Positions 35,632 through 44,649 of a stretch of DNA of 64,000 nt are shown here, piece by piece; the first letter of the stretch is position 1, and each line of letters opens with the position of its first letter. The notes under the pieces were generated by a model that was not told the DNA's origin, searched no databases, and worked only from the letters and a program-made list of their open reading frames with translations. The stretch comes from Patescibacteria group bacterium. Lineage in GTDB: Bacteria; Patescibacteriota; Minisyncoccia; Moranbacterales; UBA2206. Where the stretch lies: assembly GCA_022709735.1 (NCBI GenBank), contig JAKLIG010000001.1, forward strand, positions 192,586 to 256,585, in the 5' to 3' direction. The position numbers were made by a program, and so were the translations under genes.

Positions 35632-37563
35632 TTATTTTTTGTAATAAGTTTCAATAAGATTCGAGGAATATATTTTCCAAAAATGTTCGGAATCATTAAA
35701 TTGGGAGCTGTCATAGGCTGGATTGACTACGACAAAATTAATGCCTGTTTCAGTAAAGCATTTTTGAGACCTTGACGATTTAGGTTCGGAAATCATCCAA
35801 AGAGTGCATTGCTCTTTATTCTTAGCGTCGTAGCGAAAGAAAAATCCGCGAGTAAAAGGATAATTATAATCCCGCATCAAAAATACTTTCATCCACGAAT
35901 CAGCCGAAACATAGTTATGATCTTTGAGAATGACATCACTTTTCTCCGTGTGCTCGGCTAAATAGCGCGAAACAGCAAAAGTTTCAATGAATTTTGAATT
36001 GGGTGATTTTGCTTGAATAGATCGGGCTTCAGAAAAAAAACCGCTTGTGGATACATATAATAACAAAATTATAAAAATAATTGCAGACAAATTTTTGTTT
36101 ATATAATATTTATTATTTTTCTTATCAAATAAACATTCAAAAAGAATCCAATTTAGAGCAAAAGCGCCGGACAGAATAAGGGGATAGATGAGATAATTTC
36201 CGATACGGGCGGAAGGAATATCAATATTAAAAAGGGTCGGCTTCCAGGATAAGATAAAAATTGAAAAAAACCAGCCTAAAATTATGGCACTTTGATATTT
36301 TCTTTTTCTTACAAATAGCAAGAAAATTATAACTCCGGCGATTCCGATAGCGGTGCGACTTTCTCCGGCAACAGAAAAAATTTGCTCGAGGCTTAGACCT
36401 GCCTTGGTTGCTCGGGTTGGTTCGCCGATAATTGTTTTCACCGCCTGGTTTTCAACATAGCCCGGTATTTTTACAAAAAATAAAAATAATAAACTAAGAA
36501 ATATAACTGATAATGCAAGCGGAGAAAAAATCAAGGCTAGCCATTTTTTTATTTCCAAAAAAATTTCTTTGCCTGAAAATATTAAGATAAGGAATATGGA
36601 AGAGGCTAATGAGAAAACAAAAAGAAAAGTGCTTAAATGATGAGTATAAGCGAGGCCGAAAGCGCCGAAAATTCCCAAGAAAAAAAGAAGCGCATTTTTT
36701 TCTTGCACAGCGCGCAGGAAAAAATAAAAAATTAAAGGAATGAACAAATTGCCGATAAGGTTTCCAATTACTCCGCCACTTATGAAATTTCCCTGCGAAC
36801 CGGAAAGGGCGAAGAGTGAACCCAAAAGAAACAGGGCGGTTATGGAAATATTTTTTCCATAAGGCAAAAAAGAAAACAATCTTTCCGAGAGAATAAAAAT
36901 AGCCAAAATTCCCATGATATTTATAAGAAACAAAACAAGAGAGGGGAAAGCGGAAACAACATTATTTTTTGAAATAAGCCCAATCGAGGCAAAAATCAGA
37001 TGTTCGCCGATGATAAAATCATCAATCTTGGCTGGTTCACTTATGGAATATGCGCCGTCCTTTTCAATTATGTCAGTTTTTTCATATGTTGGAATTTTTC
37101 CCGTTTCAATTATTTTTTTGGTCCAAAACATATGATGGCCGAGATCAGTACCGGTCGGTGTAATTGTGCCGAAAAGAAAAATAGCGCGGATAAGAATGCT
37201 AAAAACAATAATTAAAATAATAAGGGAGGCTTGTTTTTTGGAATAATCTAGAAGAATGAAATTTTTCTGTTCGTTTTCTTCACTTTTTTTTCTAATTAAA
37301 AAAATGGTATAGCAGATAATAATAAATACAAAAATAGAAATCAAAATAGACGAGGCGTTAAAAATAACCCCAAATCTATCAAGAAGAATAAGCAAAATGT
37401 CAACAATGATTATGCTAAGGCCGAAGGAAATGACAAAACTTTCCAAAGCGGTAAGAACTTTTGATTTTCCAAAAATTGCTAAAAGCAAAAAATACCCCGG
37501 GATAAATAAAACTATCGCGATGGCAAGATAAAATAATATTTGACTATAAATAAAGTTTATCAT
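35632..37563 (-). CDS. Polytopic integral membrane protein with C-terminal soluble domain (possible GT-C-like/arabinosyltransferase-like, unassigned)
   Basis: 643 aa, with more than 12 TM helices. Loop motif TGTDLGHHMFW. C-terminal about 140-aa hydrophilic domain. Confidence 0.4.
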   Translation of the reverse strand: MINFIYSQILFYLAIAIVLFIPGYFLLLAIFGKSKVLTALESFVISFGLSIIIVDILLILLDRFGVIFNASSILISIFVFIIICYTIFLIRKKSEENEQKNFILLDYSKKQASLIILIIVFSILIRAIFLFGTITPTGTDLGHHMFWTKKIIETGKIPTYEKTDIIEKDGAYSISEPAKIDDFIIGEHLIFASIGLISKNNVVSAFPSLVLFLINIMGILAIFILSERLFSFLPYGKNISITALFLLGSLFALSGSQGNFISGGVIGNLIGNLFIPLIFYFFLRAVQEKNALLFFLGIFGAFGLAYTHHLSTFLFVFSLASSIFLILIFSGKEIFLEIKKWLALIFSPLALSVIFLSLLFLFFVKIPGYVENQAVKTIIGEPTRATKAGLSLEQIFSVAGESRTAIGIAGVIIFLLFVRKRKYQSAIILGWFFSIFILSWKPTLFNIDIPSARIGNYLIYPLILSGAFALNWILFECLFDKKNNKYYINKNLSAIIFIILLLYVSTSGFFSEARSIQAKSPNSKFIETFAVSRYLAEHTEKSDVILKDHNYVSADSWMKVFLMRDYNYPFTRGFFFRYDAKNKEQCTLWMISEPKSSRSQKCFTETGINFVVVNPAYDSSQFNDSEHFWKIYSSNLIETYYKK

Positions 37564-37565
37564 TT

Positions 37566-38654
37566 TTATTTAATAACTTTTTCCATTTCTTCCAGATATC
37601 TCTTGGAAATTTTTTCCCAGGTAAAATTTTCTTCTACGAATTTTCCAGCCATTTTTCCAAAGTTTTTAGAAAATTCCGGACCAGCAGAAAAAATAGCATT
37701 TATTTTTTTAATCCATTTTTCAGCATTTTCCGATTCAACTAAAAAACCATTCTTTCCATCTTTAATGGCATCTTGCAATCCTTCCAATCTTGAGGCGATC
37801 ACTGGAATTTTACATGAGGCTGCTTCAATAACAGAAAGCCCGAATCCTTCCATATCGCCAGGAATTTTAATATTTGGCTGAACAAAAAGATCGCAAGTAT
37901 TAAAAAGGGTATTTCTTATTTCATTACTAACATATCCCAGCATCTTTATGCGGTTAGAAAGATTATTTTTTTCTATGGAATTTTTTATATTATTTTTATC
38001 TGCACCGTCTCCAGCAATAACATATAATATATTTTCTGAGAGATTTGGCATTACATTTTCACAAAACCAAGCAACTCCTTTTCTTTTTTCCAATCTTCCG
38101 GAAGTAAGAATTACTTTTTTGTCTCTAGTATCAGCGCCCCAAATTTTGGACAAATCCTCTCGAAAAAAATCTTTCTTGTTTTTTTCAATAAAAAACCCAT
38201 TTGGAATAAAAACGCACTTTTCTTTGGAGATGCCAATTTTTACAGCTTCTTCGATTGTAAAATTTCCAACCATAAAAAGCTTGTCAAGTTTTCCAAGAGA
38301 GGGAATGTTTATGGCTTTATAAATTTTTGGCAAAGTTCCTTCTTTATAAGCAAAAGTAATATCCAGTCCGTGGACGATAGAAAAAAACTTTTTTTTCGGA
38401 TGGAAAAACTTCAAGGCAGCAGCAATCGGCGCCAATACGCCATTTCCAACAAGGCAGGCATCGAAATTCATCATTATAAAAATTGCGCGTATAAAAGTTA
38501 CGGGAATAAAAATTGGCAGCCACCATTTTCCTTTGCCATTAGCGATAATTTTAACCTTGGCAATTTTAGAAAGTCCTTGAGCTAAGTTATAATTTTGATT
38601 TTCTACTCCGCCAATAATTGGAGGATAAGAATGGGATATAAAAAGAATTTTCAT
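37566..38654 (-). CDS. Glycosyltransferase, GT4-type
   Basis: 362 aa. PGDMEGFGLSVIEAASCKIPVIASR (EX7E-type). 2-nt gap to the upstream membrane protein gene. Confidence 0.75.
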   Translation of the reverse strand: MKILFISHSYPPIIGGVENQNYNLAQGLSKIAKVKIIANGKGKWWLPIFIPVTFIRAIFIMMNFDACLVGNGVLAPIAAALKFFHPKKKFFSIVHGLDITFAYKEGTLPKIYKAINIPSLGKLDKLFMVGNFTIEEAVKIGISKEKCVFIPNGFFIEKNKKDFFREDLSKIWGADTRDKKVILTSGRLEKRKGVAWFCENVMPNLSENILYVIAGDGADKNNIKNSIEKNNLSNRIKMLGYVSNEIRNTLFNTCDLFVQPNIKIPGDMEGFGLSVIEAASCKIPVIASRLEGLQDAIKDGKNGFLVESENAEKWIKKINAIFSAGPEFSKNFGKMAGKFVEENFTWEKISKRYLEEMEKVIK

Positions 38655-38735
38655 TTTATAAAGCGACTCGAATAACTCGAATTTTCACCCGAATGTCTCG
38701 AATTCATTCGAATCATTCAAGTGTTCATTCGTAAA
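38655..38735. repeat. Intergenic array of 'tcgaat' hexamer/heptamer direct repeats
   Basis: actcgaataactcgaattttcacccgaatgtctcgaattcattcgaatcattcaag..cattcg. That is five or more copies of (c)tcgaat within 80 nt, between two GT genes on the minus strand. Confidence 0.5.
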
Positions 38736-39725
38736 TTAGGGTCGCTGGTTATTATATTTATCTTTTTTCCATTGATAAAGTAATTCTTCTGTGAGCTGGC
38801 GCGACGATTTTATCATATCAGCGATAAGCGCGAAAACGACAAGTTGAATGCCTAGAATTGTAGAAATAGCGGAAAAAATAATGTAATTTAGATAAGGAGA
38901 AATTTTGAAACTCAAAAAATAATTTACAAGAAAAATAGCAAATCCGATAAATCCAATAGCGAGCAAAAATATCCCCGGCCAGCCAAAAAATTTCAAAGGT
39001 CGGACATCGCGAATGGCTTTTAGAATTATTTTGAAAGAATTACTGATAAATTTGAAAATAGATTTGGTAATTTTAGCTTCGCGGTTGTCAAAATAAGTAA
39101 CAACAATCGGCACCCACTTAAGCTTCAAATTTTTTCCAATAGCGTCAATAATGGTTTCTTGTGTGTAAGTAAAATAAATGTTGGTAAGATTAAGCCGAAG
39201 CATTGCTTCGCGACTATGAGCGCGGAAACCGCAAGTGAGATCATTGGTTTTATAATTTAGAAAAAAACCAATAACAGATGCCGCAAAGCGGTTGAAAAAG
39301 CTTCTGATCCAAGGAATATTTTTGGCTTTGTGTTTTCCAAAGCGATCGGCAATCACCATATCTGCTTCGCCCTTAATCACAGGCGATAGAAGGTCGGGAA
39401 TATCGTTTGCGTCAAATTGCCCGTCAGCGTCGATATTAACCATAAAATCAGCGCCATTTTTAAGTGAACTTTCCACTGCCTGCTTAAAGGAATAAGCTAA
39501 TCTTCGGTTGGGTTTATAGGAAACAACAATATCGGCACCGGAATCCCGAGCAACTTTGGCAGTATTGTCAGTTGAGCCGTCGTCTACAACCTGGATTAAT
39601 TTTTCGGAAATTACCGCGCCTTCTTTGGAATAAAAATCTTGGTCAAAGCTTTTTCTGATTCTTTGAATTGTTTTTCCAAGATCAGCTTCTTCATTGTAGG
39701 CTGGAATGTTTACGATAAGTTTCAT
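38736..39725 (-). CDS. Polyprenyl-phosphate glycosyltransferase, GT2 (ArnC/DPM-like with C-terminal TMs)
   Basis: 329 aa. LIVNIPAYNEEADLGKTIQRI...VVDDGSTDNT...NIDADGQFD. C-terminal TM helices. Confidence 0.85.
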   Translation of the reverse strand: MKLIVNIPAYNEEADLGKTIQRIRKSFDQDFYSKEGAVISEKLIQVVDDGSTDNTAKVARDSGADIVVSYKPNRRLAYSFKQAVESSLKNGADFMVNIDADGQFDANDIPDLLSPVIKGEADMVIADRFGKHKAKNIPWIRSFFNRFAASVIGFFLNYKTNDLTCGFRAHSREAMLRLNLTNIYFTYTQETIIDAIGKNLKLKWVPIVVTYFDNREAKITKSIFKFISNSFKIILKAIRDVRPLKFFGWPGIFLLAIGFIGFAIFLVNYFLSFKISPYLNYIIFSAISTILGIQLVVFALIADMIKSSRQLTEELLYQWKKDKYNNQRP

Positions 39726-39739
39726 GTGGTTTTAAATTG

Positions 39740-39808
39740 TCATGCTGAATTTATTTCAGCATCTACTTGTTAATTTAGAAGATCCTGAATCAAGTTCAGG
39801 ATGACAAA
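39740..39808 (-). terminator. Two tandem hairpins downstream of the 39810-40040 gene (putative terminator/attenuator)
   Basis: atgctgaa-tttat-ttcagcat (about 39742-39762) and atcctgaa-tcaag-ttcaggat (about 39782-39802). No canonical U-tract on the minus strand. Confidence 0.35.
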
Positions 39809-39809
39809 G

Positions 39810-40040
39810 TCATTTTTTCTTAATTATTAATTTTGGGTCTACGCAATTAAAATTGCACTCAACATTATCAACGCCTTTATGAATTGTATTGTTGGCGCAT
39901 TCTTTTATTTTTTCCTCGCATTGATTTTTAGTTTCAGAAAAATAATCTTGATTGACGGCGTAGCCGAAAAAATTCAATACAAAATAAGCGGCCACTAAAA
40001 ACAAAACCAGCCAGATTATTGATTTTATAACACTAAACAT
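39810..40040 (-). CDS. Small N-terminally anchored Cys-rich protein (unknown)
   Basis: 76 aa. TM IIWLVLFLVAAYFVLNFF then 6 Cys (CEEKIKEC...CNFNC). Confidence 0.4.
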   Translation of the reverse strand: MFSVIKSIIWLVLFLVAAYFVLNFFGYAVNQDYFSETKNQCEEKIKECANNTIHKGVDNVECNFNCVDPKLIIKKK

Positions 40041-40161
40041 GAGCTTTTATAGGCTTAAGAATTATACTTAATTCCTAGTTGATTATAGCTTAAAAATAAT
40101 TATTTGGCAAAGTAGTTTTTTATGAGATGACATAAATTGATTTTGCTATTACAATATAAGT

Positions 40162-41385
40162 ATGAAAAACAAAAAGACAATTATTGGAATCAATGCTTCA
40201 TATCTTCGAAAGCCCAATACTGGCATTGGACAAGTCACAGCCAATTTCATAAAAAAATTAGCAAATTCCAAAATTAAGGAAATAGAATTTGTTTTATATT
40301 TGGAAGAAAATTTACCAAAAGATTTCAAATTGCCAAAAAATTTTTCCAAGAAAGTATTTCTGCCGATTTGGAAACGGGATGATTTAATTCGAAAAATATG
40401 GTGGGAAAAATATTCATTACCGAAGAAAGTCAAAAAAGATAAATGTGATATTTTTATTAGTATGTATCAATGCCCGACTGTTTTTAAGACACCGAGTGTC
40501 TTAAATTCAGGACACTCGGTGTCTTTGCGCCATATTATGGTAGTGCACGACATTATTCCCAAGCTTTTTCCTGAATATCTGGATAACTTTAGAAAAAAGA
40601 TATATTGGAATTATACAGAAAAAGGCATAAAAAATACGGATAAAATTATTGCTGTTTCCAAAAAGACGGAAAAGGATTTGATAGCGCATCTTGGAATAAA
40701 TGCGGATAAAATTACAACGAATTATATTGATGTGGACGAAATATACAAAAATGTAGGGGCAGAATCCGCCTCATCGGCGGATAAGCACGGGCAAGCCGTG
40801 CTTAAAAAGTATAAATTAAAACCCGGCTATATTTTTGCCGGTGGGGGATATGAGAAAAGAAAAAATATAGAAAGCGTGGTTAGGGCGTATAAAATTCTTT
40901 TGGAAAAAAATAAAAAGGAACATTTTGTGGAAGAATTTCCGCGCCTTGTGATTTATGGAAAAATTTTGCCAAAAAATTTATCTTTGGCAACGGATGCGCA
41001 AAAATTGGTCAAAGAATTAAATTTAACTAAGCAGGTGCGACTTCTGGGAATGACTCCGCAAAAAGACTTGCCGGCGCTGTTTAAGGGTGCTATTATGTTT
41101 GCTTACCCCTCTTTTTATGAGGGTTTCGGAATGCCAGTTTTGGAGGCCATGAGCGTAGGAACGCCAGTTGTGACTTCCAAAATTTCCTCGCTTCCGGAAG
41201 TTGGTGGAGACAGCGTTCTATATTGTAACCCAAATGATATTTCTGACATTGCGATGGTAATGAAAAATATTTTGACGAATAAAGATTTGCGAGAACAATT
41301 GAAATTTCACGGACGAGAAAAAGCCAAACAATTTTCGTGGGAAAAATTTACAGAGAAGGTTTTGAATATAATTAATGCGATGTAA
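40162..41385 (+). CDS. Glycosyltransferase, GT4-type
   Basis: 407 aa. FAYPSFYEGFGMPVLEAMSVGTPVVTS (EX7E). Confidence 0.8.
   Translation: MKNKKTIIGINASYLRKPNTGIGQVTANFIKKLANSKIKEIEFVLYLEENLPKDFKLPKNFSKKVFLPIWKRDDLIRKIWWEKYSLPKKVKKDKCDIFISMYQCPTVFKTPSVLNSGHSVSLRHIMVVHDIIPKLFPEYLDNFRKKIYWNYTEKGIKNTDKIIAVSKKTEKDLIAHLGINADKITTNYIDVDEIYKNVGAESASSADKHGQAVLKKYKLKPGYIFAGGGYEKRKNIESVVRAYKILLEKNKKEHFVEEFPRLVIYGKILPKNLSLATDAQKLVKELNLTKQVRLLGMTPQKDLPALFKGAIMFAYPSFYEGFGMPVLEAMSVGTPVVTSKISSLPEVGGDSVLYCNPNDISDIAMVMKNILTNKDLREQLKFHGREKAKQFSWEKFTEKVLNIINAM
40486..40526. repeat. Perfect 15-bp inverted repeat (10-nt spacer) embedded in the GT4 coding sequence
   Basis: aagacaccgagtgtc-ttaaattcag-gacactcggtgtctt. 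Noticeably GC-richer than the surrounding CDS. Encodes KTPSVLNSGHSVS in frame. Confidence 0.6.
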
Positions 41386-41400
41386 TTTTACAAAATAAAA

Positions 41401-41440
41401 ATCGGCCCAAGTCTCATAGAATCATGAGATCGAGCCGATT
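41401..41440. terminator. Hairpin between convergent genes (putative bidirectional terminator)
   Basis: atcggc-ccaag-tctcat-agaatc-atgaga-tcgag-gccgat, a nested palindrome between the GT4 gene (+) and the small Cys gene (-). Confidence 0.4.
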
Positions 41441-41451
41441 CGGATATAATT

Positions 41452-41682
41452 TCAAGTTATTCTTACTATTGCTGATAATCTGTCTTCAGGGAGAAGGGAG
41501 AAGATTATAATATTTTCGTGACTCCCGCTAGAACAACATCCTTTTATACTTAATACGTTTTTTAATATGTCGATTATATAACTTTTATTGGTTGTATCTA
41601 CGAAGTGTGACTTCTGGTCAATGTTATAAAGAACTTTTCCCTCGCAACTTGGTTCAGCACAAGGCATTTCTAATTTAATCAT
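41452..41682 (-). CDS. Small Cys-rich protein (unknown)
   Basis: 76 aa. MPCAEPSCEGK ... KGCCSSGSHE, with no TM. The ORF has a plausible start, and an RBS-like aggagg lies upstream on the minus strand (the plus strand shows cctcct at about 41690). Confidence 0.35.
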   Translation of the reverse strand: MIKLEMPCAEPSCEGKVLYNIDQKSHFVDTTNKSYIIDILKNVLSIKGCCSSGSHENIIIFSLLPEDRLSAIVRIT

Positions 41683-41745
41683 TTTTTTCCTCCTTTATTA
41701 TATTATTTTATGATATTTAATTACAACTAAAATTAGAATAATTAG

Positions 41746-43383
41746 ATGATAGCATATTTTACGGATTTTGTTAATACTTTAAACAAACCAAAACATTGGC
41801 TTCTTTTGGCGAATATTTTTTTTGTTTTGTTTTTGATTATTTTAAATAATCTAGGAATTATTCCTCTTCGAATGGGTGATTTTGCTTTTTTCGCAATTTT
41901 ATTTTTAGGCTTTGCGCTGTATCGTCCCGGCTGGGCATTTTTGTTTTTCATTGGAACGATTCCGCTGGAAAATATAAATTTAGCGCCAATGGAACTTGGA
42001 ATTTCAATTCGCCCATATCAATTTATCGGCGCGCTCACAATCACGGCGATTATCATTCGTTTGCTTTCTGGAAAACTAAATTTCAAATTAATTAAATTAA
42101 ATTTTGTAGATTATTTAGTGATTGTTATGATGTTGGCAGGATTTGTAAGCGCGATTGTTGCCAAGATAGAGACGCAATCAATTGCGTCTCTACGGTTGGA
42201 GATAATTTTTGCTACTTTCGTTTTTTTATATTTTCTGGTTCGAAATTACATTCAAAATTCGGAAGATCTCAAAAAAGTTATTCCATTTTTTCTAAGTTCT
42301 TCAGTTATTGTTGTGCTTTATGGTATTTGGCAAAATATTTGGTTTTTGCGAGGATTAAACAGTTTCGAAACAATGCCGGGAAGACCAAATGCAACTTTTA
42401 CCGAAGCAGATTGGTTGGGAATATTTATAATTTTATTTATTTCTGTTTCATATGTCTTAATTTATAGAATTATGAATTATGAATTAAGAATTAAGAAAAT
42501 TGGTTTATTCTTGCTTCTTTCTTCTTCCTTCTTACTTCTTATCTTGACTGTTTCGCGAAGCGCTTGGCTTGGAGTAATAGCAACTACGATTATATTTTTA
42601 TTAATAATTTTTACAAATTTGAGAATCAATCCAAAGAACTTGCCTGCCGGAGAGGCAGGTTGGCAGTGGAAAAAAACTATCCAAATGAAATTGATAATAA
42701 TTCCAGCGTTTATTATTGCAGTTTTGGCAGTTTATATTTTTCATCTGACAAATTTTCAATTATTTAATCGCGTTCAAAGCACAACTTCCGGATTGCAAAA
42801 AATTACAATTTCTTGCAATGTAGGGAACGAAAATTTTCGTTCCTTGCCTAAGGAAATTAATAATGTTTCCGAATTAGAAAAATATAATTGCCGGCATATT
42901 AATTTAGAAGAAATAAATTCTGAAAAAGCGCAAGGTAAATATGTTGCAGAAATTTATCGCAAAGATCCAAATGTTTCTATAAGAAGTGAAATTTATCAAA
43001 AATCCTGGCAAGAAGTTAAAAATCATTGGATTTTGGGCATAGGCTGGGGGAGTATTGGAAAAGTTTTAGGCCAAGACGAGCGAGGCATTAGCTTGAATTC
43101 TTCCAACATATTTCTAGAAGTATGGCTCGGCAGTGGAGTCTTGGGTTTTGCGTCTTTTTTGATCGTAATCGCGTATATATTATTGAGAGCGATAAAAAAT
43201 TATTATTTGTCAAAAGATGATTCAGAGAGGATTATCAGTTTATTGTTAATAGTTTCTTGGTTCGGTATTATTATCGCAAATTTTTTCAACGCCGGAATAT
43301 TCTTGGGATTTTTGTGGGTCTGGCTAGGTATTACGAACTACGAAATTAATACTAAATACGAAAATACGAAAAGTAGCGAATAA
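41746..43383 (+). CDS. O-antigen ligase/polymerase-family membrane protein (WaaL/Wzy_C-like)
   Basis: 545 aa, about 12 TM helices. Periplasmic loop with SRSAWLGVIATT (the R-x-AWLG signature of the Wzy_C/O-antigen ligase family). Confidence 0.65.
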   Translation: MIAYFTDFVNTLNKPKHWLLLANIFFVLFLIILNNLGIIPLRMGDFAFFAILFLGFALYRPGWAFLFFIGTIPLENINLAPMELGISIRPYQFIGALTITAIIIRLLSGKLNFKLIKLNFVDYLVIVMMLAGFVSAIVAKIETQSIASLRLEIIFATFVFLYFLVRNYIQNSEDLKKVIPFFLSSSVIVVLYGIWQNIWFLRGLNSFETMPGRPNATFTEADWLGIFIILFISVSYVLIYRIMNYELRIKKIGLFLLLSSSFLLLILTVSRSAWLGVIATTIIFLLIIFTNLRINPKNLPAGEAGWQWKKTIQMKLIIIPAFIIAVLAVYIFHLTNFQLFNRVQSTTSGLQKITISCNVGNENFRSLPKEINNVSELEKYNCRHINLEEINSEKAQGKYVAEIYRKDPNVSIRSEIYQKSWQEVKNHWILGIGWGSIGKVLGQDERGISLNSSNIFLEVWLGSGVLGFASFLIVIAYILLRAIKNYYLSKDDSERIISLLLIVSWFGIIIANFFNAGIFLGFLWVWLGITNYEINTKYENTKSSE

Positions 43384-43428
43384 AAGTTTCGTATTTCGCT
43401 CATTTCGTAGTTCGTAAATTATAAAAAA

Positions 43429-44589
43429 ATGAAAATCGGAATAGATATAAGACTCATAGGAAAAAAACAAACTGGCAGTGAAGCAGTGTTTTTTAATTTA
43501 ACAAAAAATCTGGCAAAAATTGATAGTGAAAATGAATATAAATTATTTACGGATATAACTGACAAGAATACTTTAAATGAAATTAAAAAAAGTCTGGAAA
43601 TAGAAAATAAAAATAATTTTGAAATAATCTCATTGAAAACCAAAAACAGATTCGGCTGGAATTTTTGGACGCTTCCGAAATATCTTCGAAAAAATCCAGT
43701 GGATTTTTATCTCACACAATATATTACTCCGTGGTTTGTGCCAAAGAAAATCAAGGTCGCAACGATTATTCATGACATTTCTTTCAATTTCTACCCGCAA
43801 TTTATAAAATTTTGGGATTTAATTTTTTTAAAAACACTAATCCCAATAAGTCTTAGGCGAGCTGACAAAATTATTGCGGTCTCAAAATTTACTCAAAGCG
43901 AGATAATAAAATATTATAAAATTAATCCAGAAAAAGTTGATTGGTTCTATAACGCAGTTTCGGAGGATTTTCTAAAACAAGATGTATCAGAAGAAAAAAT
44001 AAAATCAATTAAAGAAAAATATAAATTGCCGGACAAATATATTTTGTATATTGGCACGCTTCAACCGAGAAAAAATATTCCAGCGCTTATTGAAGCTTTT
44101 GTTTTATTGAAAGCAGAACTTAAGGCTTATTCAGAATCGAATGCCATAAAATTGGTTATAGCCGGAGGAAAAGCCCATAATTATGACAAAATGATAGATG
44201 AAGTAATAGAAAAACATAACTTATCGCAGGAAACTATTTTTCCGGGATATATTGCTGAAGAGGATAAGGGGGCCATTATGAAAGGAGCGGAAATTTTTGT
44301 TTCCCCTTCATTTTATGAAGGTTTTGGTGTGCCGATTATCGAAGCAATGTCATTGGGTGTCCCGACAATTATTTCTGATATTCCTCCACATCGGGAAATT
44401 GCTGAAAGCTCTGCTCTTTTTTTCAATCCGCAAATCCCCGGGGAACTTACACAAAAAATCAAAGAAACAATCGGAAGCAAGATTATTAAGGATAATTTAT
44501 CCAGAAATGGAAAGGCGCAAGTTCAAAAATTTTCTTGGGAAAAAAGCGCTCAAAAATTGATAGGAATTTTTTCAAAAAGCACTCATTGA
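43429..44589 (+). CDS. Glycosyltransferase, GT4-type
   Basis: 386 aa. FVSPSFYEGFGVPIIEAMSLGVPTIISD. Confidence 0.8.
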   Translation: MKIGIDIRLIGKKQTGSEAVFFNLTKNLAKIDSENEYKLFTDITDKNTLNEIKKSLEIENKNNFEIISLKTKNRFGWNFWTLPKYLRKNPVDFYLTQYITPWFVPKKIKVATIIHDISFNFYPQFIKFWDLIFLKTLIPISLRRADKIIAVSKFTQSEIIKYYKINPEKVDWFYNAVSEDFLKQDVSEEKIKSIKEKYKLPDKYILYIGTLQPRKNIPALIEAFVLLKAELKAYSESNAIKLVIAGGKAHNYDKMIDEVIEKHNLSQETIFPGYIAEEDKGAIMKGAEIFVSPSFYEGFGVPIIEAMSLGVPTIISDIPPHREIAESSALFFNPQIPGELTQKIKETIGSKIIKDNLSRNGKAQVQKFSWEKSAQKLIGIFSKSTH

Positions 44590-44649
44590 CTAAAAAAGGT
44601 ATTTTAAGTAAGATAAGAATAATTATTAAATTTTAATTTAAACAAAAAC

